From NCBI RefSeq assembly GCF_006345805.1, contig NW_021826455.1, positions 1-12,921 of the forward strand: a stretch of 12,921 nt of DNA. The letters run 5' to 3'. The position numbers were made by a program, and so were the translations under genes. The notes below the pieces were generated by a model. The model searched no databases. It was not told the origin of the DNA and was given only the letters and a program-made list of their open reading frames with translations. The stretch comes from Octopus sinensis (taxonomy: Eukaryota). The number at the start of each line of letters is the position of its first letter. Position 1 is the first letter of the stretch. This document shows positions 1-9,321 of the stretch, piece after piece.

Positions 1-336
1 AATGCACTTATTCACAACATCACAAAACATACAACTCACGCTCAAATATATCCAGATATGCATCTATCAATGCATATATGTAAGGATTGTATGTACGAAT
101 GTGAGCTAGTATTCACACGCACACAAACGCAAACACACACAGAAACACACATATATATATGTATGTGTGTATGTTGGTAGATGCGTATAGATAATTACAT
201 ATTTAGTTATTAACAGAGGCAAATATATCGTTGTGTCCGTGTACGGACAAATGTTGTATCATATTCACATGTACATATGCATACATCTGTTATGCTAATA
301 TTAATAAGAAATTATGCATGCTTATGCGCATATATG

Positions 337-484
337 TACGTATATGTATGTATGTATGTTTGTATGTATGTATGTATGTATGTATGTATGTATGTATGTA
401 TGTATGTATGTGTGTGTGTGTTGTACGTGTGTGCCCATATATCAATATATGCATATTTATTTATATGTATTTATTCATGTATAT

Positions 485-526
<42 letters not shown>

Positions 527-539
527 GTGTGTGTGTATG

Positions 540-576
<37 letters not shown>

Positions 577-625
577 GTAGACACGCACGCGTGCGCACAC
601 ACACTCGCACACACAATCACACACA
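337..625. repeat. Compound microsatellite (TGTA)n/(TG)n/(TA)n/(CA)n
   Basis: Visible directly. It produces the VCMY/IYIY ORFs. Shorter (CA)n tracts lie at ~121-172 and ~710-760. Confidence 0.95.
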
Positions 626-1234
626 CATACCCTTTTTGTTTTTTAAATTTGTGCGTTTTTCGAGAGGAATGGTATGAGAATTATTTATTGATATAATTAT
701 ATAAAACTGCACACACACACACACACAACAACAACAGCACTCACATATACACGCGCACATACGCATGAATAATATAGATCCAATTTATATTTCTTTACAA
801 GCGTAAAATAACTGAAATCGACAGAATTATTATTCCTGAGAATGCCGCAGGCTACTTCCATGCAATTGTTTCCATCCATCATTGCATCTTTATATACTTT
901 CACACTTGCCTTGTTCTGTATTTCTCCGACTAAGTCTTGATCATATCTGTGTCTACAATGAACGGTTCTAGGGCTTATTAGCTCAGGCGTTATTGCCTCT
1001 TTTCAAACACGAGCCAGTAAGGGAGTCTAAACGCATTGGCAATAATTAGCTGAAATAGCAGTCAATTCTTCCATTGATTATACTATGAAAATTTGTCTCG
1101 AGTCTACAGGTTTTTAAGGATGGAGAGTATTCGGGTTTACAAGGTTTCCGAGACCTTTAAGTAGCTGAAAGTATAAGGCCCAGTTCCTAAACAGAATGTT
1201 AGACCGTTGCGGGCTTATTTCTCCCACGCTGCTG

Positions 1235-1398
1235 CCCTGTAACAGGTGTTTCGCCATCTTGCAGTTTAGAATAGAAATATGATTATAATCTGTTGCTGTT
1301 TGGCCTCGGGGCACATCTAATCGAGCTGACTCATAATCAAAGACGTTCCAACCGTAACCAACATATCAATTTCTAGTTTTTGTGATTTGTTCGTTTGT
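1235..1398 (+). repeat. Inverted repeat, left arm (164 bp)
   Basis: Reverse complement of 1680-1843 with 6 mismatches by manual alignment. Confidence 0.97.
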
Positions 1399-1526
1399 CG
1401 GCTACAAATTCATAACAGTGGCTGACAAGGATGGAGCGACGTGAAATGAAGATCACAAAACACATTTCGGTTCAAGAATCGAATCCATATCGACATGTTC
1501 GTAATCTCAACACTTTCACCACTTAC

Positions 1527-1549
1527 CTTCATAAGTTGTACACTACACT
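1527..1549 (-). other. Candidate 23-nt microexon
   Basis: Minus strand reads TTTAAC (branch-like), GTGCCTTTCCTTTTCTCTAAG | AGTGTAGTGTACAACTTATGAAG | GTAAGT. One frame is open (xAG-CSVQLMK). Confidence 0.35.
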
Positions 1550-1679
1550 CTTAGAGAAAAGGAAAGGCACGTTAAACAACCTTGTCATAATCTTATTATG
1601 CTTGACAATAATTAACGCGATGGCCATGGCAGGAAGACCTTTGATAATGGGTCTCCCGCTGAACTGGATTTAAATAAAA

Positions 1680-1843
1680 ACAAATGAACAAATCACAAAA
1701 GCTAGAAATTGATATGTTGGTTACGGTTGGAACGTCTTTGAATATGAGTCAGCCCGATTAGATGGGTCCCGAGGCCAAACAGCAACAGATTATAATCATA
1801 TTTCTATTCTAAACTGCAAGATGGCGAAACACCTGTTACAGGG
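1680..1843 (-). repeat. Inverted repeat, right arm (164 bp)
   Basis: Reverse complement of 1235-1398. The spacer is 281 bp. Confidence 0.97.
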
Positions 1844-1851
1844 TTGCATCT

Positions 1852-1927
1852 CCTCCTCTCTCTCTCTCTCCCTCTCCCCTCTCTCTCTCTCTCTCTCTCT
1901 CCTTCTCCCTCTCTCTCTCTCTCTCTC
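1852..1927. repeat. (CT)n microsatellite
   Basis: Visible directly, starting 9 bp after the right arm of the inverted repeat. Confidence 0.95.
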
Positions 1928-2721
1928 GCTCGCTCGGTCGACGAAACGAGCAAGTTGTATTTCAATTTCTGAGTAATAGATGTAAAACACAATATCTTTT
2001 TGTAGTTATGTGAAAAGCGTATTTACTCAGCACCCTATCAACTTAGCCACAAGATTCCTCCTTCTTACTTTCATTGTAATAATAAACCGAGAAATTCTGC
2101 TTCATGTAATATAGTCTTTGGTGTTTTCTATTTTTGTTTTTGAAGCCTGCAATCCAATCAACGATTATGAACGTTTTAATTCAAAACAGAATGTGTTAAG
2201 GAATCGAAATCGACCTCTTTGTTCTTCCTAAGTCAATCTATTTCCTAAGCTAATATAAAGGTATTATTTCCTATTGAAAACAACAGTATTATCTTGCTTT
2301 ACGTTACTCTTTTATCCAGTAGGAAAATTTCTCAGTCATTCAACTTCGTATCGATCTCAATAACTTATCGATCTCAAAAACGTATCGGATGAGTCATTAA
2401 AAGAGTATCACTCAGTTATTCAATCACTCTGTCCACTCACACTCCAACCTCGATCTCATAGAATCACTGCATCTTTACTGTGTCGTCTACCCCTACTATA
2501 ACGGCCTCTATTCCTCTCTTCCTCAAAGCTTGCCAAAGGCATACCACTTCCACATGAGCACATTCGACACACTCCGCTCTTTTCTCGTAGTGTCTGCTGC
2601 TGTGTCTTCCTTCCCATGATCCTTGCTAATCATTATGTTCAATCTTCCAGCCCTGAAGTATTCAAATATCTACAATTCTACTTATGTTTATATTATTTTC
2701 TGATATTACTTTTCCTTACAG

Positions 2722-2972
2722 ACGTTGACCTGGAGCTGTCCAAGCTAAATATCAGAAGTATCTCGTTTAACCAGCCATGGAGGGCTTATTGGAGACCACG
2801 GCCACATACCGCTCCTCCGACTAGCAGCATAAAGCAATGTACTTCTACTGATGTTAAGATCTTCGAGCGGTCGCTAACGAGATGTTTCGCAGCACAGTGC
2901 CAGGAATCTCTGCTGCACCAGACAGTAGATTTGGTGGACGTTCAGTCTCATGCTGAGTGTTTTTGCCGATAA
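2722..2972 (+). CDS. Candidate terminal coding exon, Cys-rich C-terminus ending H-x2-C-x-C-R-stop (cystine-knot-like)
   Basis: Strong acceptor (TTACTTTTCCTTACAG at 2721), followed by one frame open for 83 codons while the other two close within 9 codons. GC is higher than in the flanks. I do not recognise the family. Confidence 0.35.
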
Positions 2973-3243
2973 TATCAATGTAGTTGAATGTTCTTGGTCC
3001 TTCATTTGGATGCGAAAGTTTCTTAAGTACAAAAACCATTCTCTGTTAAGCAACAATAATAGAGATTGGCGCAAAGTGTCCATAAAACTCCTATTTGATT
3101 TCCCGCTCATGCCATGAAATGACTTGACTTGTTAATATGCTGGATACGACAGAGATTCTTCCCGCGTGTATTTTAGTTCATATTTTATCATTTTTGAAAA
3201 ACGTCTTGCTTTACTTGGAGTTATATCACTCTCACTATGATAA

Positions 3244-3381
3244 AATATGTTGTAGTGATTACATTATCCAATCCCTAATTAAAATAACGCCCTTCGCCTG
3301 AAGTACATTGAGATTTGTTTGTGATTATCCTTAACTGTTTTGCGCCTGCATTTCGAAAATTATTATGCACCGACATACACA
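3244..3381 (+). repeat. 138-bp direct repeat, copy 1
   Basis: Matches 4455-4592 with 4 mismatches (offset 1211 bp). Confidence 0.97.
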
Positions 3382-4454
3382 TTTTGAAGGTGCACTAACA
3401 GTTCATCTACTAAGCATTATCATCTGACAACTCTACCTGACGAGCTCTTCACCTCCATCATCACATTTCGATATCAGTCAACTGAAGTTCCTCTGTAGTA
3501 GTCTAAAGATTAACCATTGATGACTGTTATTCTTAATGCTGTTTTATTACCAATTAATATCTGATAGAAAATAAATACGTTTTCACAGTTGACTTTTTTT
3601 ATATATTTATATCGTTCAAATTTGTTTTCACTCTAAATTCTTTTGAAATCTGTCTCAGGTGAGTTTTAACATTAAGACGTCCTTTTCAAAACAAATTCTG
3701 GATAATTTATGGCTCCATTGACATTACAGAATAAACTTTCAGGATTATACCTGTCAATGAGGAATCACTATGAACTTTCGTACTTCTGATCCTCTAGTTT
3801 TTCTGTTAAATTTATATATATCTTTATACTCATTTCTCTATGCTGTAAATGACTTGATACAATATGAAAATAGCTGTCTCTCTTTTATTATTATAATTTA
3901 TATAAAATTATATAAATTTTTCCATTGATATTTTATAGAACTACTATCTGCCAGCATCGGCTTGCATAAGTCAAGTTTCTATCGAAACATTTTTCAAAGA
4001 AAAGGCTGTTTGCTTGTCCCTCATTCTTCCCATAAATGGACAAAGATGCTAGGAAGAGTTCGAAACTTAACACGAAAATAGCGTTCAAATTTGTGGTTCT
4101 ATTTTAGATGTGAAATGTTCTTTTAAATTATGAAGTAGACTCTCAGTTCATACAAGCTTAATTAAGATACCGCACAGACAGTTTGTCCAATCTGTAGACA
4201 GAAAACTAATCTTTCCAGATGACGCAAATATATATACCAGAAAATGAAAGTAAAATCCACCTCCTGTGTCATTAGTTTGTTGCTTAGCGTCTCCTGATAT
4301 TTTTGGAGGGGAGAGATTCCACTTTAATTTCTGAGGCTGGTCATCTATATTTAAAGAATATCTTGACGTATTCTCTAAGTACTGACTGGTTCTGAACAAC
4401 TAAAAGTGTTGGCTATCGACCTGTTCTTATAATTTTTACGGTTCATAATAATAC

Positions 4455-4592
4455 AATATATTGTAGTGATTACATTATCCCATCTCTAATTAAAATAAAG
4501 CCCTTCGCCTGAAGTACATTGAGATTTGTTTGTGATTATCCTTAACTGTTTTGCGCCTGCATTTCGAAAATTATTATGCACCGACATACACA
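4455..4592 (+). repeat. 138-bp direct repeat, copy 2, flanked by a 10-bp duplication
   Basis: Matches 3244-3381. AATAATACAA occurs at 4447-4456 and at 4592-4601. Confidence 0.95.
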
Positions 4593-4874
4593 ATAATACA
4601 AAAATATCAACAAAACACTTTCCTTAATATATTTATGTTGAAACAAACATAAAGAATTTGTGGAAATAACTTTGTCGTCGTCAAGATGGCGTGTGGAGCA
4701 TGAATTAACATAAAATTTTGATGTAAGGCTTTTAGATTGCTTTAAAACGGAGGATTTGTATGATAGAGCCAGTGGCGGTTTCAGGCGGTTTATTGTCAAA
4801 ACTCAACAGTCAGAGAGTTAAATGAAATTCATTGCTAAATGAGAAAATATTGGTGTTTTTATCAGATAACTTAC

Positions 4875-4934
4875 GGTCGGGAGGCCAAATTCTGCTGAAG
4901 GCTAAATTTCAGCAGGACTTCAGAAGTAATTAAT
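4875..4934 (-). other. Candidate 60-nt exon (72 nt with the upstream AG), phase 2-2
   Basis: Acceptor TTTTCAAACTTTAGTACCCTCTACAG and donor CC|GTAAGT. Open frame LITSEVLLKFSLQQNLASR. Confidence 0.25.
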
Positions 4935-5133
4935 CTGTAGAGGGTACTAAAGTTTGAAAAGCAAAAACAAATTTGATATTTTATATACGACTGTTTACTC
5001 CTGCACCACCTAGAGGGGAGTCAATTTATAAAATCAAGACAGAAATGACAACAAGAAAATATCAGAAAAACTATTCTTGGATAAGCAAAGTAGTTGGTTA
5101 AAGAATCTCTACAAGAGATGAAAGAAGTAACTA

Positions 5134-5334
5134 TGGCGGCGAGCTGGCAGAAACATTAGCACGCCGGGCGAAATGCTTAGTGTTATTTCGTCTGCCGCTA
5201 CGTTCTGAGTTCAAATTCCGCCGAGGTCGACTTTGCCTTTCATCCTTTCGGGGTCGATATAATCGACTTAATCCGTTTGTCTGTCCTTGTTTGTCTCCTC
5301 TGTGTGTAGCCCCATTTGGGCAGTAAAGAAATAG
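5134..5334 (+). mobile_element. tRNA-derived CORE-type SINE, tail type A, with a 32-bp internal deletion and 10-bp TSD
   Basis: Head GGCGGCGAGCTGGCAGAA, B-box-like GAGTTCAAATTCC, core GCCTTTCATCCTTTCGGGGTCGAT and tail GTAAAGAAATAG. Flanked by GAAGTAACTA at 5124-5133 and 5335-5344. Aligns directly to the copy at 9220-9535. Confidence 0.9.
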
Positions 5335-5703
5335 GAAGTAACTACACTGAGAAGGAATGTTTGTCACCACATCAACATGGCTATTCCGTACGAACCAACG
5401 TTACTACCATTTTTAACCCCATGAGGATCCTCCTCTAACTGATTATCGAGGCAATCTGCAGCCGATATATACTGTAAGCAGGGGAGCGAACCCCTACCAT
5501 CTTGTAGTGACCTGACAGGACCACCAGACCGGGCTATTTTTGCCTTTTGGATATATTCATAGCAATGTCTTTTTTTCAAACTTTAGGAAAGATGAAAACG
5601 ATTCACAATCGTACTTCTTAGAATCAAACTTAGAGATCGTTTCTGGCATAAATAAACACATTCCCTCCTCTAAGGAATTAGACGTTGTTCTGTTTGATAA
5701 GAG

Positions 5704-5918
5704 TGGTTTCAAATTTTGGCATAATGCCAGCAATTTTGGGGGAGAGGACTGGTCGATTACATCGGCCCCATTGCTCAGCCGGTACTAATCTTATCGACCC
5801 CGAAAGGATGAAAGGTAAAGTAGACCTCGGTGGAATTTAAACTCAGAATGTAAAGACAGACAAAATGCCGCCAAGTATTTTGCCTGGCGTGCTAACGATT
5901 CTGCCAGCTAGCTACCTT
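5704..5918 (-). mobile_element. Diverged SINE with the same head/core, tail type C
   Basis: Reverse complement gives AGCTGGCAGAATCGTTAGCACGCCAGGC...CTGAGTTTAAATTCCACCGAGGTCTACTTTACCTTTCATCCTTTCGGGGTCGATAAG, then a different tail (CCCCCAAAATTGCTGGCATTATGCCAAAATTTGAAACCA). Confidence 0.8.
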
Positions 5919-6059
5919 TCTGCTAACTAACTGACCGAATCGTTAGATTATGGGTAAGAAAACAAAACACAATGCATAGATTTTTTTAAAGAAATAGTTT
6001 CCAACTCAAAATCTGAGAAAAAATACTTTAGACAACGGTAATTTTATAGGGTCAGTCAT

Positions 6060-6213
6060 TGATGTGGAGTTAAGAAGTTCGCTTCGCAATCACATTAGCT
6101 TCGAGATCAATCTCACAGCATGGCATCTAAAGCAAATGTATTCTACTAAACACCTGAATTGTCCAATGCCGTGTGAGAACACTTTGTACATGGAAACTGT
6201 AGAAGCCCATCTT
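6060..6213 (+). mobile_element. Degenerate SINE of a second family whose head runs into a (TACA)n/(TA)n microsatellite
   Basis: GTGGAGTTAAGAAGTTCGCTTCGCAATCAC...GGCATCTAAAGCAAATGTATTCTACTA...GGAAACTGTAGAAGCCCATC resembles an abundant octopus SINE as I recall it. There is no second copy in the window to confirm. Confidence 0.55.
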
Positions 6214-6242
6214 ATATATACATACATACATACATACATACA

Positions 6243-6275
<33 letters not shown>

Positions 6276-6307
6276 GTGGCATGTATGTATAATGCCCTCT
6301 ATATATA

Positions 6308-6352
<45 letters not shown>
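6214..6352. repeat. (TACA)n and (TA)n microsatellites
   Basis: Visible directly. Confidence 0.95.
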
Positions 6353-6354
<2 letters not shown>

Positions 6355-6358
<4 letters not shown>

Positions 6359-6413
6359 GACTGGCCTCTTCCCCCAAAATTTCGGGCCTTGTGCCTAGAG
6401 TAGAAAAGAATAT
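6355..6413 (+). mobile_element. Isolated SINE 3' tail fragment, tail type B
   Basis: AATTGACTGGCCTCTTCCCCCAAAATTTCGGGCCTTGTGCCTAGAGTAGAAAAGAAT aligns to the tail of the SINE at 6423-6640. Confidence 0.7.
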
Positions 6414-6422
6414 TTCATTTTT

Positions 6423-6640
6423 AAAGCAGCGAGCTGGCAGAAACGTTAGATCGCCGGGCGAAATGCTTAGCGGTATTTCGTTTGTCTTTACGTTCTGAGT
6501 TCAAATTCCGCCGAGGTCGACTTTCCTTTTCATCCTTTCGGAGTAGATAAATTAAGTATTAGTTGCGTACTGAGGTCGATCTAATCGACTGCCCCACCTT
6601 CCCCAAACTTTCGATCCTTGGGCCCACAGTAGAAAAGAAT
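6423..6640 (+). mobile_element. tRNA-derived CORE-type SINE with the same head/core, tail type B
   Basis: Head, B-box (GAGTTCAAATTCC) and core align to 9301-9470. The tail after GTCGATCTAATCGACT differs and ends in AGTAGAAAAGAAT. Confidence 0.88.
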
Positions 6641-6749
6641 AATATAAGGAGAGAATAGGCTCAGTTCATTGGACAGCATATGAGAAGGAAAAAAAACATT
6701 GAGCTCTTGGGGATAACGGGAAACCAAAAGAAAACAGAGGGATAAGAAA

Positions 6750-7198
6750 CCATGACCATCACCAACATGATGACGATTAAAATCACATCATCACCACAGT
6801 TACCTACAAATGCTACCAACACCATAGCTATCACCATTTGTGTTATTAGCAATGAGCATTAGCGCTACAAACATAGTGCTCCCGCTACCGCCACGATCAA
6901 CACAACCTTTACCAACACGAACAAAACCAACACTACAACCAAACATCACCACAACACCTATCACAATCACCACTACCACCACTACAGCCACAGCTACAAC
7001 CATCACCGCCACCATCAACAACAACACTATCACCACAACGACCACTCTACATCTACCACCACCACTACAATCACTATCACAACCACTACAACCCCCACCG
7101 CAAACACCAAAACCACCACCACCATAACCACCATAACCACCACCACCATCATCACCCTCACCACCTCAACCACAACCACAGCCATCACCACCACCGCA
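6750..7198. repeat. Degenerate (ACC/AAC/ATC)n trinucleotide low-complexity tract
   Basis: Three-base periodicity. It produces the poly-Thr and poly-Val ORFs on both strands. Confidence 0.9.
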
Positions 7199-7402
7199 AC
7201 GACCTTTAAAGTAAATACACACTTATACACACACACCTATACATTGCGAATTTATCTTCCGCTGCTTTCTTTTTCTTTATATATTTTTAACTGGATTAAC
7301 AAGGACAATTGCATTATAACTTAAATAACCATACTTCATGACAGTCTTGATGTAAGTACTAGGATATTTATATACACTGGGACAGAATAGAATGATGTGA
7401 AC

Positions 7403-7488
7403 TGGAGAGGAGTGGGGGAAAGCTGTGTATAGATGGAATATAATGGAATGAAAATGAACTGAATGGAATGGAATAAAATAGAATAGGA
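7403..7488. repeat. Degenerate (GAATG/GAATA)n pentanucleotide repeat
   Basis: ATGGAATATAATGGAATGAAAATGAACTGAATGGAATGGAATAAAATAGAATAG. Confidence 0.75.
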
Positions 7489-7599
7489 CACAAAATTTAT
7501 TTCATAATTAACAAAAGAGCAAAATAGATATCTATACAGGGAACAAGAATAAAATGGAATATAGAAAACAACGTACTGGAGTTGTTTTAAAGAGTATGC

Positions 7600-7648
7600 C
7601 TGGATGTGTGCATGTATGTATGTATGTGAGTATGTGCATGCATGTATA

Positions 7649-7689
<41 letters not shown>

Positions 7690-8578
7690 CTACGTGCGTA
7701 TATATGTATTTCTATCTATCTATCTATATATATATATATATATGTATATGCTTGTGTGTGTGTATGTATGTATGTATGTATGTATGTACGTACGATTGTA
7801 TGTATGTATGTATGTGAATATATATGTATATCTACGTCTGTATATATGTATATATATGTATTTGCAGGTACGTGCATATATGTGTATGTATATGTGTGTG
7901 TATGTATATATGCTTGAGTCTATGTATATATGTGTATGTGGGTACGCTGGAAGATAGATAGGTAGGTATGCACGTATGTATGCAAGTATGTATGTATGTC
8001 TGTCTGTATGTAAATATGTATGTGTGTGTATCTGTATGCGTATATATGCAAGTGTCTACGCGTACATCAGAGTATTATGTATTTATGTATAAATGTAGGT
8101 ATATATGCGTATGCATGTATGTAGGCAGGTAAGAAAGTATGCATGTATGCTTGCAGGTATGTATGTGTATATGGCCGTGTATATGCATGCGTATGTATAT
8201 AACATTGGTAGGTTGGCTTATATCTGTCTGTTTGTATGCATATATGTTTGTATGTAACTATGTATGTATCAATGTATGTATATGTATGCAAGCAGGTATG
8301 TATGTATGCATGCATGAGTCTGTGTATGTGTGCGTATGTGTATGTATGTATGTATGTATGTATGTATATTTGTATGTACGTGTGTATGTATGTATGTATG
8401 TATGTATGTATATTTGTATGTACGTGTGTATGTATGTACGTATGTGTGTATGTATGTACGTATGTATGTGTGTGTGTATATATGTATGTATGTACGTATG
8501 TATGTGTGTATGTATGTATGAATGTATGTATGGATATATGTATGAATGTATGTATACACGTATGTATGAGTGTGCGTG
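7600..8578. repeat. ~1-kb degenerate (TATG)n/(TG)n/(TA)n compound microsatellite
   Basis: Visible directly. Confidence 0.95.
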
Positions 8579-8710
8579 TATTCCTCCAATCAAATTAGTT
8601 TTAGTCACCTTTGCATTTATAGTCGTGCTAGTTTTAAGATCTTAATACCTATTGTTCTAAGGAATCAATGAAACTTTCATCACGCTGAAATACAATCAAA
8701 GAATAATATT

Positions 8711-8819
8711 TCTTTTTTCTAGTTTTGGCATAGGACCAGGAATTCTGAGGAGAAGGTGGAGCCGATGAAATCGATTCAGTGCTCAATTCGTACTTATTTT
8801 ATCGACCCCGAAACGATGA
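8711..8819 (-). mobile_element. 5'-truncated, diverged SINE fragment (core plus B/C-like tail)
   Basis: TACTTATTTTATCGACCCCGAAACGATGA is the reverse complement of the core. TTTTGGCATAGGACCAGGAATT resembles the tail at 5715-5740. Confidence 0.65.
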
Positions 8820-8934
8820 TAGACAATCTACTAACGCTGGTCATTATTCATTGCCCTTCTCCTCCTGAATGCAAATTGGGTAACTGGCCCTATGAGACCT
8901 AAGGATCGAGACAGCACTTTCTTATTTACATGTA

Positions 8935-9211
8935 TTAAGGACGTGAATTCAATTCTCCGCGGCGCGTTCTGTCCTTGAGCAACGCACTTTATTTCACGCT
9001 GTCATACTAAACTGGACAAAAACGAGTTGTACCTGTAATTCAAACGGGCCCAGCCTTGTCACATTCTGTGTCACGCTCAATCTCACTGAGAACTACATTA
9101 AGGGCACACATGTCTGTGGAATACTCAGCCACTTGCACGTTAATTGCACAAACAGGCTGCTCTGTTGATTGGATCAGCAGAAGGCCTTGTCGTCGTAATC
9201 GACGGAGTGCC
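8935..9211 (+). mobile_element. Degenerate SINE of a third family (tRNA-like head, CORE-like motif, 3' hairpin)
   Basis: B-box remnant GAATTCAATTC (~8945-8955), CORE-like GTCCTTGAGCAACGCACTTTATTTCACG, and a terminal CGTCG-TAAT-CGACG stem-loop. The body resembles a common octopus repeat as I recall it (unverified). Confidence 0.55.
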
Positions 9212-9216
9212 GGTCC

Positions 9217-9321
9217 TGAAGGCGGCGAGCTGGCAGATGAAGGCGGTGAGCTGGCAGATGAAGGCGGCGAGCTGGCAGATGAAGGCGGCGAGCTGGCAGA
9301 TGAAGGCGGCGAGCTGGCAGA
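9217..9321 (+). repeat. 5 x 21-bp tandem repeat TGAAGGCGGCGAGCTGGCAGA (SINE 5' junction)
   Basis: Units start at 9217, 9238, 9259, 9280 and 9301. The only mismatch is a CpG C>T in unit 2. Confidence 0.97.

Noticed and set aside
231-696. Long ORFs rich in VCMY, IYIY and HTYI (also 7554-8645, 10228-10695, 12056-12917)
   Set aside because: They are translations of (TATG)n, (TA)n and (GATA)n microsatellites, which lack stops in some frames.
697-1370. Same-frame minus-strand ORFs 1114-1314 and 697-903 as one pseudogene
   Set aside because: Four stops occur within ~40 codons between them, which is about what random sequence gives, and I recognise no motif.
1812-1830. CTGCAAGATGGCGAAAC as a hammerhead ribozyme core (Penelope-like)
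   Set aside because: It does not fit the CUGANGA...GAAA consensus and no supporting helices are evident.
2349-2390. 17-bp-period repeat of TATCGATCTCAA (about 2.5 copies)
   Set aside because: It is an ordinary short slippage duplication.
3589-3664. Perfect plus-strand donor CAG|GTGAGT at 3659 with an acceptor at 3588
   Set aside because: The enclosed 70 nt is extremely AT-rich and low in complexity, so it is probably a chance site.
3244-4592. LTR/TRIM element (direct repeats contain TG...CA)
   Set aside because: There is no PBS after copy 1, no polypurine tract before copy 2 and no TSD around the pair. The TSD flanks copy 2 only.
4891-4916. 8-bp stem hairpin CTGCTGAA...TTCAGCAG
   Set aside because: It is a short isolated palindrome with no associated element ends.
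6661-7236. Mucin-like Thr-rich and Val-rich ORFs
   Set aside because: They come from a degenerate (ACC)n tract that is open on both strands, with no splice or domain support.
9217-9321. CRISPR-like array
   Set aside because: The units are contiguous with no spacers, derive from a SINE head, and lie in a eukaryotic context.
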